64,000 nucleotides of DNA. It comes from Macrostomum hystrix (Eukaryota > Animalia > Platyhelminthes). The first letter of the stretch is position 1; each line of letters begins with the position of its first letter. Location: contig CATNEN010000038.1 in NCBI GenBank assembly GCA_950097015.1, forward strand, positions 1,054,001-1,118,000, written 5' to 3'. Made by a program: the position numbers and the translations under genes. Under the pieces are notes generated by a model. It did not search any database, had not been told where the DNA came from, and saw only the letters and a list, made by a program, of their open reading frames with translations. Below, piece by piece: positions 1 through 11,800 of the stretch.

Positions 1-280
1 AGACCATTCCTCAAGGAAACTCCTACTGAGACGATTCCTCACAGAAACTCTCCTACTGAGACGATTCCTCACAGAAACTGTCTAATTGAGACCATTCCTC
101 AAGGAAACTCTCCTACTGAGACGATTCCTCACAGAAACTGTCTAATTGAGACCATTCCTCAAGGAAACTCTCCTACTGAGACGATTCCTCAAAGAAACTC
201 TCCAACTGAGACGATTCCTCAAAGAAACTGTCTAATTGAGACGATTCCTCAAGGAAACTCTTTAACTGAAACGATTCCAT
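1..280. repeat. 30-bp minisatellite (GAGACGATTCCTCACAGAAACTCTCCTACT variants), runs off the window start
   Basis: About 9 visible copies with a 30-nt period. Confidence 0.95.
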
Positions 281-332
281 AAATAAAGTCTTCAAATGAG
301 TGAATCCTTTTTTTATATTTTCCTTTGGTAAG

Positions 333-640
333 TTCTGGTGGTCGGTGGCAGAGCGGCTAACGCGTTTGCCTCTCGCACCACGGTTCTAAGTTCGATTCCG
401 CGGCGAGGCCACATATATTTGGGGCGCAGCCGCGGAGAGAAGGCTTGGGGGGCTTGTCGTGCAATTTACGCTGTCGAGGGCCGACCTCCAAAGCACAGTG
501 AAAGTGTACACTGCCTGACGATAAGAAAGTGAAATGTGCAGAATTGCCTCCTCGCTGGCTGCAGGTCTAGTGGCATCAAATGATGTGCCATTGCCCGCTG
601 CCCTCCTGTTAGTATTATTATATTTTTTATTTATTATAAT
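333..640 (+). mobile_element. tRNA-derived SINE, family A, apparently full length
   Basis: Head has an A-box-like TGGCAGAGCGG and B-box GTTCGATTCC. The head recurs at 12130-12214 (-) and the body/3' end at 27811-28150. Ends in an AT-rich tail. Confidence 0.75.
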
Positions 641-1400
641 TGGAAGAGACCAAATGACGTGAGGCTGCATCTTGGACAGTAAATCGGTGAGGATCGAAAG
701 CTAAAGTTTCAGAAAGGGTGCAGCATGAAATAAAAAAAAATATTCCAGGTAGGAAAATGGCTCTGATTGCTGCTTCCGAGCCCAATGAAATTCTGTGCAC
801 GCCTGTGATATCCTCTTACTGTAGGCCATGGCTGCCGCTAATCAGCGGACTCGCATTCAGCTGCTTGATTCCTTTGAGCTGCCTAATCAGCGCTGAGATG
901 AGCTCGAGAATTTATTTTTAATCAGCACTGGCCCAGCTCAAATTGCCACCTCAATCTCGCCCAGGTGTTCTCGCATAACGGGGGAAGCCCCACGTTAAAT
1001 TGAAAGCAAAATGCGTTACAAGCCGGATGCAGCGGAAGGACTGGGGTCTGGTAAAATTAATCTGTGCGGACAGGCGGAAAGACCAGATTTTCTTGTGAGA
1101 GAAAGTGAACTGACGTTCTGCTAAACAGTACGGTCGGAAGAGAGAAGATGGAAAAAAAGTAGAAAATTATACGACTCGGTACTTTAAAAAAAGCACGACA
1201 GAAACTGATTTTAAATTAGTAATAGGAGTCAGTCGATAAGGAATCAGGCTAAAGTACTTTTGGCAATCTCTTTCAGTGCTGTTTGCTAGTCTATTTTTTC
1301 AAAATGCCAAGGCTGAGCATTTTCCCGAAAATGTCTCTCATCGTGGCTTTCAGATGTTCAGTCCATGGACTGGGGGGTGAACTGAATGAAGCAATAGGGC

Positions 1401-4277
1401 TGGTGGAACCCAGCGCTTGGAACCCTCCGGCGCAAGGCCAAATCCCTCCAGCGGATTGCGCGAAAAAGCAATTGGACCCAGCTGACCTGGCCGCCTACCA
1501 GAATGCGATTCGCGACTTTAAGCGTGACACCAGGAAAGCGAAGTCCGAAAAGTGGCGCCAATACTGCGCCGAGCTGGAGGGGCGCTCGCCCAACCTCTTG
1601 CGTTTTAAAAGCGCTCACTCTTGACAAAATTTCGAAGCTCTCAGTGATCAAAAGACCGGACGGCCGGTTTGCTGAGAATCCTGGCGAATCGCTGGACATC
1701 ATGCTCGCCAGCGCTTTCCCCCGGACCGCGCCGCTTCAGGACCCGCCGGACCACACTCCGGGTGGACACATCCTTGCGACCACCATTATCACTAGAGAAC
1801 GGACAGCTCGCGCTGCTAATTCCTTCTCGCCTTTTAAGTCGCCTGGACCTGACAACATTTACCCCGTCTTCCTACATAAAGCGGTGAAAAATGACAGGTT
1901 CCTCGGCCTCCTCTGCAACCTGTTCAAGGCCTGCATCACCCTCGGGTACGTGCACAGCAGGTCTTGGCAGGAAGCCACCATCGTCTTCATCCCCAAGCCT
2001 GGGAAGGGAGACTACCATTCCGCCAAAGCCTTCCGCCCCATCAGCTTAACATCTTTCTTTCTTAAGCTGCTTGAAAGGCTTGTTCTTTGGCGCGTCCTTC
2101 ACGTTGAGCTGAGGGACTCCCCGCTCTCCGCCAACCAGCACGCCTTTCGATCCGGAAGCTCCATCGAAAGTGCTCTGCATGCCATTGTCGACAAGCTGGA
2201 GCGCGCCGTGCTTGGCACCGGTTTTGCTCTCTCGCTTTTCCTCGACATTGATGGTGCCTTCGACAATGTGCTCTTCGGAGCCTTTAGGCGAGCCCTGGAA
2301 CGCCGGGCTACTCACGAGCACCTCACCCGCTGGATCATGTATGTGATCTCTCACCGAACTGCCACCTCGCACCTGCTTGGCCACTCCCGTTCTGTGAGAG
2401 TCCAGAATGGAGGCCCGCAGGGTGGCGTTCTCAGTCCGATCCTTTGGAACCTTGTCATGGACGAGCTGCTCTGCAGCCCTGACCCGGACCCGGTCCAAAA
2501 AATCGGCTATGCTGACGACGTCACCCCACCGTGGCCGGACCGTCTCCCCCGGTCCTTAGAGACCTCTTGCAAGCTTTCATCCACCGGCCGAGCGCTGGGC
2601 TCATAGCTGCGGCCTCAAACTGTCTGAGTCCAAGACCATCGCCATTATGCTCACCAGCAAGCGAAACTGGAGGATTGAGCCTCTCCTTCTCTATGACAAA
2701 CCCTCGGTGTCATCCTCGACCACAGGTTGAGCTGGACACCTCACGTCAAATTAAAAACTCGCAAAGCTCTTGCGACGCTCGCGCAGATCCGCAGGTCCTT
2801 CGGTGCTACCTGGGGCCGTCTCTGGTGGACTTACACTACCATTGTAAGACCGGCCATCTCTTTTGCCGGCTTCATCTGGAATAGTGCCCTGGAGACCAAA
2901 GGGGTCCTGGAGGCCCTAAACAAGGTGCAGGGCCGTGCTTGTCGAGCCATCATGAGTGCGGCACCCTCCACTCCCTTCGCTGGCATGAATGCCTTCCTGG
3001 ACCTTCCCCCTTTAGATCTTTTTATCAAGGGGGAAGTGATGAAGACGGCTCGTCGTCTTCTGGACGCGGGCGTCTCCATCCGGAAGCAACTTGCCTTCAG
3101 CAAGCGGAACCTCCAGCCCCACGGCGACCTCAGCCTACGGGACCTGGACGCAGCAGGAGGTCTCAAAATTCACTCAGACGGAATCCCGTCGACGCTGTGC
3201 CCACCGCTCAAATTCAAAACCAGCATTCCGCCTCGCCAGGTGACCACGGCCAACCCCGTGAAATTCACTGCTTCACCGACGGTTCGCAAATCAACTCGGT
3301 CTCTGGTTTCGGCTACTGCATTATGTCCGGAGGGAAAACTGTGGCGACTTCTCCCAGCACACCGGCATAAACTCTACCGTTTTCCAGAACGAAGTTCTCG
3401 CCATCAGCTCCTGCGCCCTGGAGCTGATCAACCAAAATGTCCACGGAGCAGAAATCTTCCTCCACTCGGACAGCCAGGCGGCGATCCATGCCCTTGGACG
3501 CACGCACACCTGCTCGCGCACAGTCCTCGACTGCGTCGCGCAACTCAACCGCTTAGGGACCCACAACAAGGTGTCCCTAAGGTGGATTCCAGAGCACTCT
3601 GGCCACCCTGGTAACGAATTGGCCGACAGCCTCGCCAAGGCCGGTTCGACGGGTTCGCTTTTTGACCCCGTGCCTGCGGTCTCCACCCCTACCGCCGTCG
3701 TCAACACTCGGATTAACCAGTGGGTGGCCTCAAAGCACAAGGACAGATGGATCAATACCGCCGATTGTCGGCAGTCTCGCGCTGCTGTCCCTTGTCCCTC
3801 CACTGCCCTTCGCATTGCCTTGCTTGGACTTAACCGCAGGGACATCAGGGCAGTCACCATGGCCCTCACTGGCCACGGCTGTTTCGCTAGGCACCGCTTC
3901 CGGCAAGGCAAAATCCGCAGTGAGGAGTGCCCCTTCAGCCTCCCTATGTTGAGGATGCAGAGCATTTTATTTGCGACTGCCCCGCCGTCACTCAGGACAG
4001 GCTCACCTATCTCGGCCCAAACCCGGATCTCCCCGACGTTTTCAGGCCTGAGAACATCTGCCAGCTCATCCGTTACCTAAGGGCCACCGGGCGAGCAACT
4101 CTCCACCTCCTGGACTCTCTGGAGGAGGACCGCGCTGCGGACGCCGGCATCACCGGATCCCCTGCGCGACACCGCAGCTTTAGTTGCCCGTGGTCGCCAG
4201 GGGCTAGCGGAATGGGCGAAAATGCCTCCCCGCTGCGTCCGAAGGATGCCCCCTGCAGCTAAGTCAAGTCAAGTCAA
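1401..4277 (+). mobile_element. 5'-truncated, frameshifted non-LTR retrotransposon (LOA/I-group-like; RT + RNase H + C-terminal Cys/His motif)
   Basis: RT motifs KSPGPD, FRPISLTS, QHAFR, FLDIDGAFDNV, GGPQGGVLSPILWN and GYADD. RNase H motifs FTDGS, SDSQAA and [15 protein letters not shown], then [17 protein letters not shown]. (AAGTC)n tail. 13-bp TSD GAAGCAATAGGGC at 1388-1400 and 4278-4290. Several frameshifts and no endonuclease domain. Confidence 0.93.
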
Positions 4278-5202
4278 GAAGCAATAGGGCATTAATACTA
4301 TTGCTGAAGGACAGAAATTGTTTCCATTGAAAGTCCCCGCTGCAAACTATTAGTAATTTACAGAAATCCAATGGACCTGTGGACCAATATGAACTCAGGT
4401 CACAGTGTTGCTTTTCTTTGAACTCGAACATGGAAAGCAAGGCCGGTTGTAAGTTCAACGCGAGTTTGAGCTGCAGTGCTCAACTCTCATCTCCGCCTAG
4501 GCCTAGTCCCTCTGCCCGTCCCATTTGTTACCGCAGTGACACACATGCAAACTGGCTTTGAGTTTAAGGATTCGAGCTTAGCAACTAAACGAGGAGAGGG
4601 AATCCGAGGGTAAATGAGCAGAGCTAGTTCTCATTGGCTGAGCTGAGCAGACTCAGCCGAAAGCCTGAAGGCAGAATAAGAAAAGCATCGCCCCTAGCAG
4701 AAGGAGGAAATCAGGCGAGTCAGTGCTTTCCCCTGCCTCATTTCCTTACCTTTGCGAATTAGTTTCCACGCGTTGGCGCGAACCATAGCATGCATGAGAC
4801 TGAGCAGCCCGAGCTGCAGACACTTTGCTAATTTTCTTGCCCCTGTCCGCGGCCTCTCCCGCCTGCTGTTGTCCCTTCAAATAAGTGAACGGCACTGATT
4901 TTCTGAGGAAGATTATCCCAGACTCCTCAAGCGAGCCGCATCTTGACTGAGTTTTATCAATTAAAGGCAAGACTGCCAGCTGCATTTGGCCTGTAATCAA
5001 ACAGCTGCAACAATGACTGGCGAACTGACTGCAGATCCTCGGCTGCGTTGACTTCTGACAGCTCGCGTGGCTAAGTCGAAACAAACTCCAGCTCAACTTC
5101 TGGTGAGTGTGGCGCCGTGACAAGTTGAGAATTTTTAATCAATTATTCTAAGAAAAAATTGGTCCTACACAATAATAGACTGCATATATTGGTTATTCCT
5201 CG

Positions 5203-5761
5203 ATGGATTGCTAGTCTATTCCCATCTTGGAATAGAATGGATTGCTAGTCTATTTCCATCTTGGAATAAAATCGATTGCTAGTCTATTTCCATCTTGGAA
5301 TAGAATGGATTGCTAGTCTATTTCCATCTTGGAATAGAATGGATTGCTAGTCTATTTCCATCTTGGAATAGAATGGATTGCTAGTCTATTTCCATCTTGG
5401 AATAGAATGGATTGCTAGTCTATTTCCATCTTGGAATAGAATGGATTGCTAGTCTATTTCCATCTTGGAATAGAATGGATTGCTAGTCTATTTCCATCTT
5501 GGAATAGAATGGATTGCTAGTCTATTTCCATCTTGGAATAGAATGGATTGCTAGTCTATTTCCATCTTGGAATAGAATGGATTGCTAGTCTATTTCCATC
5601 TTGGAATAGAATGGATTGCTAGTCTATTTCCATCTTGGAATAGAATGGATTGCTAGTCTATTTCCATCTTGGAATAGAATGGATTGCTAGTCTATTTCCA
5701 TCTTGGAATAGAATGGATTGCTAGTCTATTTCCATCTTGGAATAGAATGGATTGCTAGTCT
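5203..5761. repeat. 34-bp minisatellite (GAATGGATTGCTAGTCTATTTCCATCTTGGAATA), probably in a 5'UTR intron of PDE1
   Basis: About 16 near-identical copies between a GTGAGT donor at 5103 and an acceptor at 5798. Confidence 0.95.
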
Positions 5762-5825
5762 TATTAAGATTCGAAAGGAAAAAGCTTTTTATTCTCAGGT
5801 GAGTTCGCTCTCATCGGCAAGCCAG

Positions 5826-8800
5826 ATGGGCAGCTGCATGGCCACATCAGTGGGGGCGACCTCAGCAGCCACTGCGGAGTCCGGAGCTCCGGTCTACTCA
5901 GCCACAGTCCGGCCCATGCCTCCGAGGGCCGCCAGCAATGGCGACTCGTCAACAATGCCGCCGCCCCTGCCGCCACCGGTTCAACACGTCCGCATCCTCG
6001 AGGTGAAGCCGGTTGTGCACGGCCAGCAGCGAAACGATGACAGCGCCAACGACGACGATGGTGGGCGACACCGGAGGCAACCGAATGGCAACGCCGTGAA
6101 ACCCGCGATTGAAAATGGCGAATCTGGTAATGCCCGGAAAAACTACAATAACAAAGTTCATTCAGTTTGTGTCTAGAACCACTAGGAGTAGATAAATGTA
6201 AAACTGCGTTTCTAAGAAACGAAAATGAGTTTCAAAGAAAATTAACTGCGTTTCTAAGAAAATGGATTGCGTTGTAAATGATCTGATGTAAATGTAAAAA
6301 TGTGAAAATGAGTGTCTTTTTTGGCGAAGACAAGCCACTTAAAGTGTTATCTAAGCGGCAATCTACTTCTTGGTTCTCTTTTGTCTATTGATTGACTAAG
6401 ATAAGAAGAAACCTTTTTTTCGACTCTTTTAGATCACTTCCAGCTGGAAGACATCGAAGCCGACTGCCTGGATGATGACGGCGAAGAGAGGCCTGCTGAG
6501 CGTGAGAAGATTTTATGCATTGCATTGTGGGTTAAACAGTGCTATTGCGAAGTTTGCATTTAAAATCTCACATTCCATTCTAGCCGAGCCCATTAGCACA
6601 CTGATGTACAACAGTCTGCGCAAGGCGTCCAGCACCCAGTACGCTGAGAGCGAAGTTGAAATCGAAAAAATGCCTTCGGCTGGAACGCCGGAAGCTAGCT
6701 ACACATGCTCAGTGCGGTGAGGGCCTCCTTCGCGCTGATTGGCTGCGGCCGGCTTTGACTTTTCTCTCTTCCCCCCCATCATTATGGGGTGGTGGGCTCA
6801 ATGTACAGTTGACAGAAGTGAATGTACATAATCTGTGCCGTGGGTCCTACTCCTGCACAATCAACTTGCACTGGCTATTTTTCAATTATACGAGCTATTT
6901 ACGACATTTTCAATTTTTCTTTAACTGAACTTGTTATCGGCATGCCACTAATCGCAGATTGAAGAAAGTTGCCAAACTGGTCGAAGAGGACGCGATCAGC
7001 AAGCTGTTGCTGGTGAAGAATCTGCAATACGCTGTTCAAGTTTTGGAGGCTGTCTACATTGAGGAGACAAAGTGAGTTCGGCAATTTGGACACTATTTGG
7101 CGCCACTTAAAATGTAAATAAAGTTGGATTACGACCAGGAATTAGTTTACGATAGTCAGGCAATATTTTGTCGTCGATAGCATAGCCGCTGCGATAGCGG
7201 GGCACATCTGTTCAGTCCATGGACTGAACCAGCTGATGTTGGCACCAATTTAACAGCTGGCTGAACTGAATGAATGCAGATTTTAAAGCCCATAAATTGT
7301 ACCAATAAAGTCGGGATTCGAACCCCCGACCTTTAATTCATGAGTCCGGCGATCTAAATGAAAGGCTAGAGCACCCACTCTGAGTTATAAAAATACTTCT
7401 TAATAATAAATCCGGAAAAATCCTATTTTTTCGCGAAAAATTGCAAGTTTCAGCGCGAATTTGAAATTTATCGTTACAATTTTCGTCGGAGAAAGAAATG
7501 TTTCAAGTATTGTGGAAAAGTTGTCATTTTTGCACCCAGACGTCTCTGCAACGAAGACGACGACCTTCCGACGGTATCGCCTGCCGATGTGCCCAATGAG
7601 GTCCGCGACTGGCTCGCGTCGACATTCACCCGCTCGCATTCGTCTCTGCAGCAGAACAAGGAGAACAAGCCGAGATTTCGCAGCGTGGCTAACGCAATTC
7701 GAGCAGGAATCATGGTGGAACGGTGCGTCATTGTTTTCTAGCAGGTGTCAAACAGGAGATTTGCTAGGTGTTAGTCTTCAAGTATTATTAACGAATGAAT
7801 TTCCTATTTAGAATCTACCGCCGTCTGTCAAGTGCCAGCAGCATCACAGTGCCACCCAATGTTGTCATTATGCTGAAGGTGAAGTTAAATATTCTCCCCT
7901 GAACTTTTCATAGAATTTTTCGAATTGAAACTTGAAGCCAAAAGCCTGAAGCTTGATCTCCCCTGAAGCTTGATCTCCCCTGAAGCTTGATCTCCCCTGA
8001 AGCTTGATCTCCCCTGAAGCTTGATCTCCCCTGAAGCTTGATCTCCCCTGAAGCTGGATCTCCACTGAAGCTTGATCTCCCCTGAAGCTGGATCTCCCCT
8101 GAAGCTTGATCTCCCCTGAAGCTGGATCTCCCCTGAAGCTGGATCTCCCCTGAAGCTGGATCTCCCCTGAAGCTGGATCTCCCCTGAATATGGATCTCCA
8201 CTGAAGCTTGATCCCTCCAGAAGCTTGATCCCTCCAGAAGCTTGATCCCTACAGAAGCTTGATCTCCACTGAAGCTTGATCCCTCCAGAAGCTTGATCTC
8301 CCCTGAAGCTTGATCTCCCCTGAAGCTGGATCTCCCCTGAAGCTGGATCTCCCCTGAAGCTGGATCTCCCCTGAAACTGGATCTCCCCTGAAGCTGGATC
8401 TCCCCTGAAGCTGGATCTCCCCTGAAACTGGATCTCCACTGAAGCTTGATCTCCCCTGAAGCTGGATCTCCCCTGAAACTGGATCTCCCCTGAAGCTGGA
8501 TCTCCCCTGAAGCTGGATCTCCCCTGAAGCTTGATCTCCCCTGAAGCTGGATCTCCCCTGAAGCTGGATCTCCCCTGAAGCTTGATCTCCCCTGAAGCTA
8601 GATCTCCCCTGAAGCTGGATCTCCCCTGAAACTGGATCTCCCCTGAAGCTGGATCTCCCCTGAAGCTGGATCTCCCCTGAATATGGATCTCCACTGAAGC
8701 TTGATACCTCCAGAAGCTTGATCCCTCCAGAAGCTTGATCCCTCCAGAAGCTTGATCCCTACAGAAGCTTGATCTCCACTGAAGCTGGATCTCCCCTGAA

Positions 8801-11800
8801 GCTGGATCTCCCCTGAAGCTGGATCTCCCCTGAAGCTGGATCTCCCCTGAAGCTTGATCTCCCCTGAAGCTAGATCTCCCCTGAAGCTGGATCTCCCCTG
8901 AAACTGGATCTCCCCTGAAGCTGGATCTCCCCTGAAGCTGGATCTCCCCTGAATATGGATCTCCACTGAAGCTTGATACCTCCAGAAGCTTGATCCCTCC
9001 AGAAGCTTGATCCCTCCAGAAGCTTGATCCCTACAGAAGCTTGATCTCCACTGAAGCTGGATCTCCCCTGAAGCTGGATCTCCCCTGAAGCTGGATCTCC
9101 CCTGAAACTGGATCTCCCCTGAAGCTGGATCTCTCCTGAAGCTTGATCTCCCCTGAAGCTGGATCTCCCCTGAAGCTGGATCTCCCCTGAAGCTGGATCT
9201 CCCCTGAAGCTGGATCTCCCCTGAAGCTAGATCTCCCCTGAAGCTGGATCTCCCTTGAAACTGGATCTCCCCTGAAGCTGGATCTCCCCTGAAGCTGGAT
9301 CTCCCCTGAATATGGATCTCCACTGAAGCTTGATACCTCCAGAAGCTTGATCCCTCCAGAAGCTTGATCCCTCCAGAAGCTTGATCCCTCCAGAAGCTTG
9401 ATCCCTACAGAAGCTTGATCTCCACTGAAGCTTGATCTCCCCTGAAGCTGGATCTCCCCTGAAACTGGATCTCCCCTGAAGCTGGATCTCCCCTGAAGCT
9501 GGATCTCCCCTGAAACTGGATCTCCACTGAAGCTTGATCTCCCCTGAAGCTGGATCTCCCCTGAAGCTGGATCTCCCCTGAAGCTGGATCTCCCCTGAAG
9601 CTTGATCTCCCCTGAAGCTGGATCTCCCCTAAATCTTGATCTCCCCTGAATATGGATCTCCACTGAAGCTTGATACCTCCAGAAGCTTGATCCCTCCAGA
9701 AGCTTGATCCCTACAGAAGCTTGATCTCCACTGAAGCTTGATCCCTACAGAAGCTGGATCTCCCCTGAATATGGATCTCCACTGAAGCTTGATACCTCCA
9801 GAAGCTTGATCCCTCCAGAAGCTTGATCCCTCCAGAAGCTTGATCCCTACAGAAGCTTGATCTCCACTGAAGCTGGATCTCCCCTGAAGCTGGATCTCCC
9901 CTGAAGCTGGATCTCCCCTGAAGCTGGATCTCCCCTGAAGCTTGATCTCCCCTGAAGCTAGATCTCCCCCTGAAGCTGGATCTCCCCTGAAACTGGATCT
10001 CCCCTGAAGCTGGATCTCCCCTGAAGCTGGATCTCCCCTGAATATGGATCTCCACTGAAGCTTGATACCTCCAGAAGCTTGATCCCTCCAGAAGCTTGAT
10101 CCCTCCAGAAGCTTGATCCCTACAGAAGCTTGATCTCCACTGAAGCTGGATCTCCCCTGAAGCTGGATCTCCCCTGAAGCTGGATCTCCCCTGAAACTGG
10201 ATCTCCCCTGAAGCTGGATCTCTCCTGAAGCTTGATCTCCCCTGAAGCTGGATCTCCCCTGAAGCTGGATCTCCCCTGAAGCTGGATCTCCCCTGAAGCT
10301 GGATCTCCCCTGAAGCTAGATCTCCCCTGAAGCTGGATCTCCCCTGAAACTGGATCTCCCCTGAAGCTGGATCTCCCCTGAAGCTGGATCTCCCCTGAAT
10401 ATGGATCTCCACTGAAGCTTGATACCTCCAGAAGCTTGATCCCTCCAGAAGCTTGATCCCTCCAGAAGCTTGATCCCTCCAGAAGCTTGATCCCTACAGA
10501 AGCTTGATCTCCACTGAAGCTTGATCTCCCCTGAAGCTGGATCTCCCCTGAAACTGGATCTCCCCTGAAGCTGGATCTCCCCTGAAGCTGGATCTCCCCT
10601 GAAACTGGATCTCCACTGAAGCTTGATCTCCCCTGAAGCTGGATCTCCCCTGAAGCTGGATCTCCCCTGAAGCTGGATCTCCCCTGAAGCTTGATCTCCC
10701 CTGAAGCTGGATCTCCCCTAAATCTTGATCTCCCCTGAATATGGATCTCCACTGAAGCTTGATACCTCCAGAAGCTTGATCCCTCCAGAAGCTTGATCCC
10801 TACAGAAGCTTGATCTCCACTGAAGCTTGATCCCTACAGAAGCTTGATCTCCCCTGAAGTTTGATCTCCCCTGAAGCTTGATCTCCTCTGAAGCTGGATC
10901 TCCCCTAAATCTTGATCTCCCCTGAATATGGATCTCCACTGAAGCTTGGTCCCTTCAGAAGCTTGATCTCCCCTGAAGCTGGATCTCCCCTGAAGCTGGA
11001 TCTCCCCTGAAGCTTGATACCTGCAGAAGCTTGATCCCTCCAGAAGCTTGATCCCTCCAGAAGCTTGATCTCCCCTGAAGCTTGATCTCCCCAGAAGCTT
11101 GGTCTCCCCTGAAGCTTGATCTCCCCTGAAGCTTGATCCCTCCAGAAGCTTGATCCCCATAAAGCAGCTCTGACTCCGAACCTTTGACTTCTAATTTCAA
11201 ATCTTGACACGATGCTCCCGATCGAAGTGTTCAAACAAAAAAATCTCGCATTCAAACTCATACAGGCTGGTCTGGACACTTGGGCGTTCGACATTTTTGA
11301 ATTAAACGATGCGGCCGACAATCACGCCCTAAAGTACATTGGAGCCGAACTGCTGCACAAGTACAATTTGATTAGCAAGTTCAAGGTTTGTACTAGCCAG
11401 TCAGGTGGCCGCTATTTTTAGAAAATATCTTCCCTAAATTGATCACGTGACTGATCCCAGCCAATCAACAGTCTGTACTAAATTCTTTCACATTTAAAAA
11501 GATCAACCCGTCGACACTGGACAATTTCCTGCTGAAATGCGAGGAAGGCTACAGCAAGTGGAACAACCCGTACCACAACCTGCTGCATGGAGCCGATGTT
11601 GCCCAGACCTGTCACTACATCATGCACGAGTCGAGACTTGTGGTATGGGCTGGTGCTGCGTTTTAGAGATGACCGCTGAAGATTTTCAGCAGTAGACTAG
11701 AAATGCAGATGCATTGATTGCACAGGGGCAATCTAGACAGCGACTATAAGAAAATAACCATGTACATTCGATATGTACACATAACCATGTACATTCTAAA

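Noticed and set aside
340-412. Possible tRNA genes here and at about 7310-7380 and 11885-11940
   Set aside because: A/B boxes are present, but there is no complete cloverleaf, and the first two continue into repeat bodies. Treated as SINE heads or relics.
505-530. CTGACGA..GAAA hammerhead-like core in SINE A
   Set aside because: No stem II or III, and no correctly placed NUH cleavage site.
545-560. GCCTCCTCGCTGGC matches the P3/L3 segment of the HDV ribozyme
   Set aside because: I found no P2 partner, no GG for P1.1 after the would-be P1 strand and no J4/2. Other SINE copies vary here. It is better explained as the LINE-derived stem-loop.
7868-11200. Many GRSSFRGDPASGEIQLQ ORFs with RGD motifs
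   Set aside because: Translation of a 17-bp array antisense within a PDE1 intron, with the same peptide in all frames.
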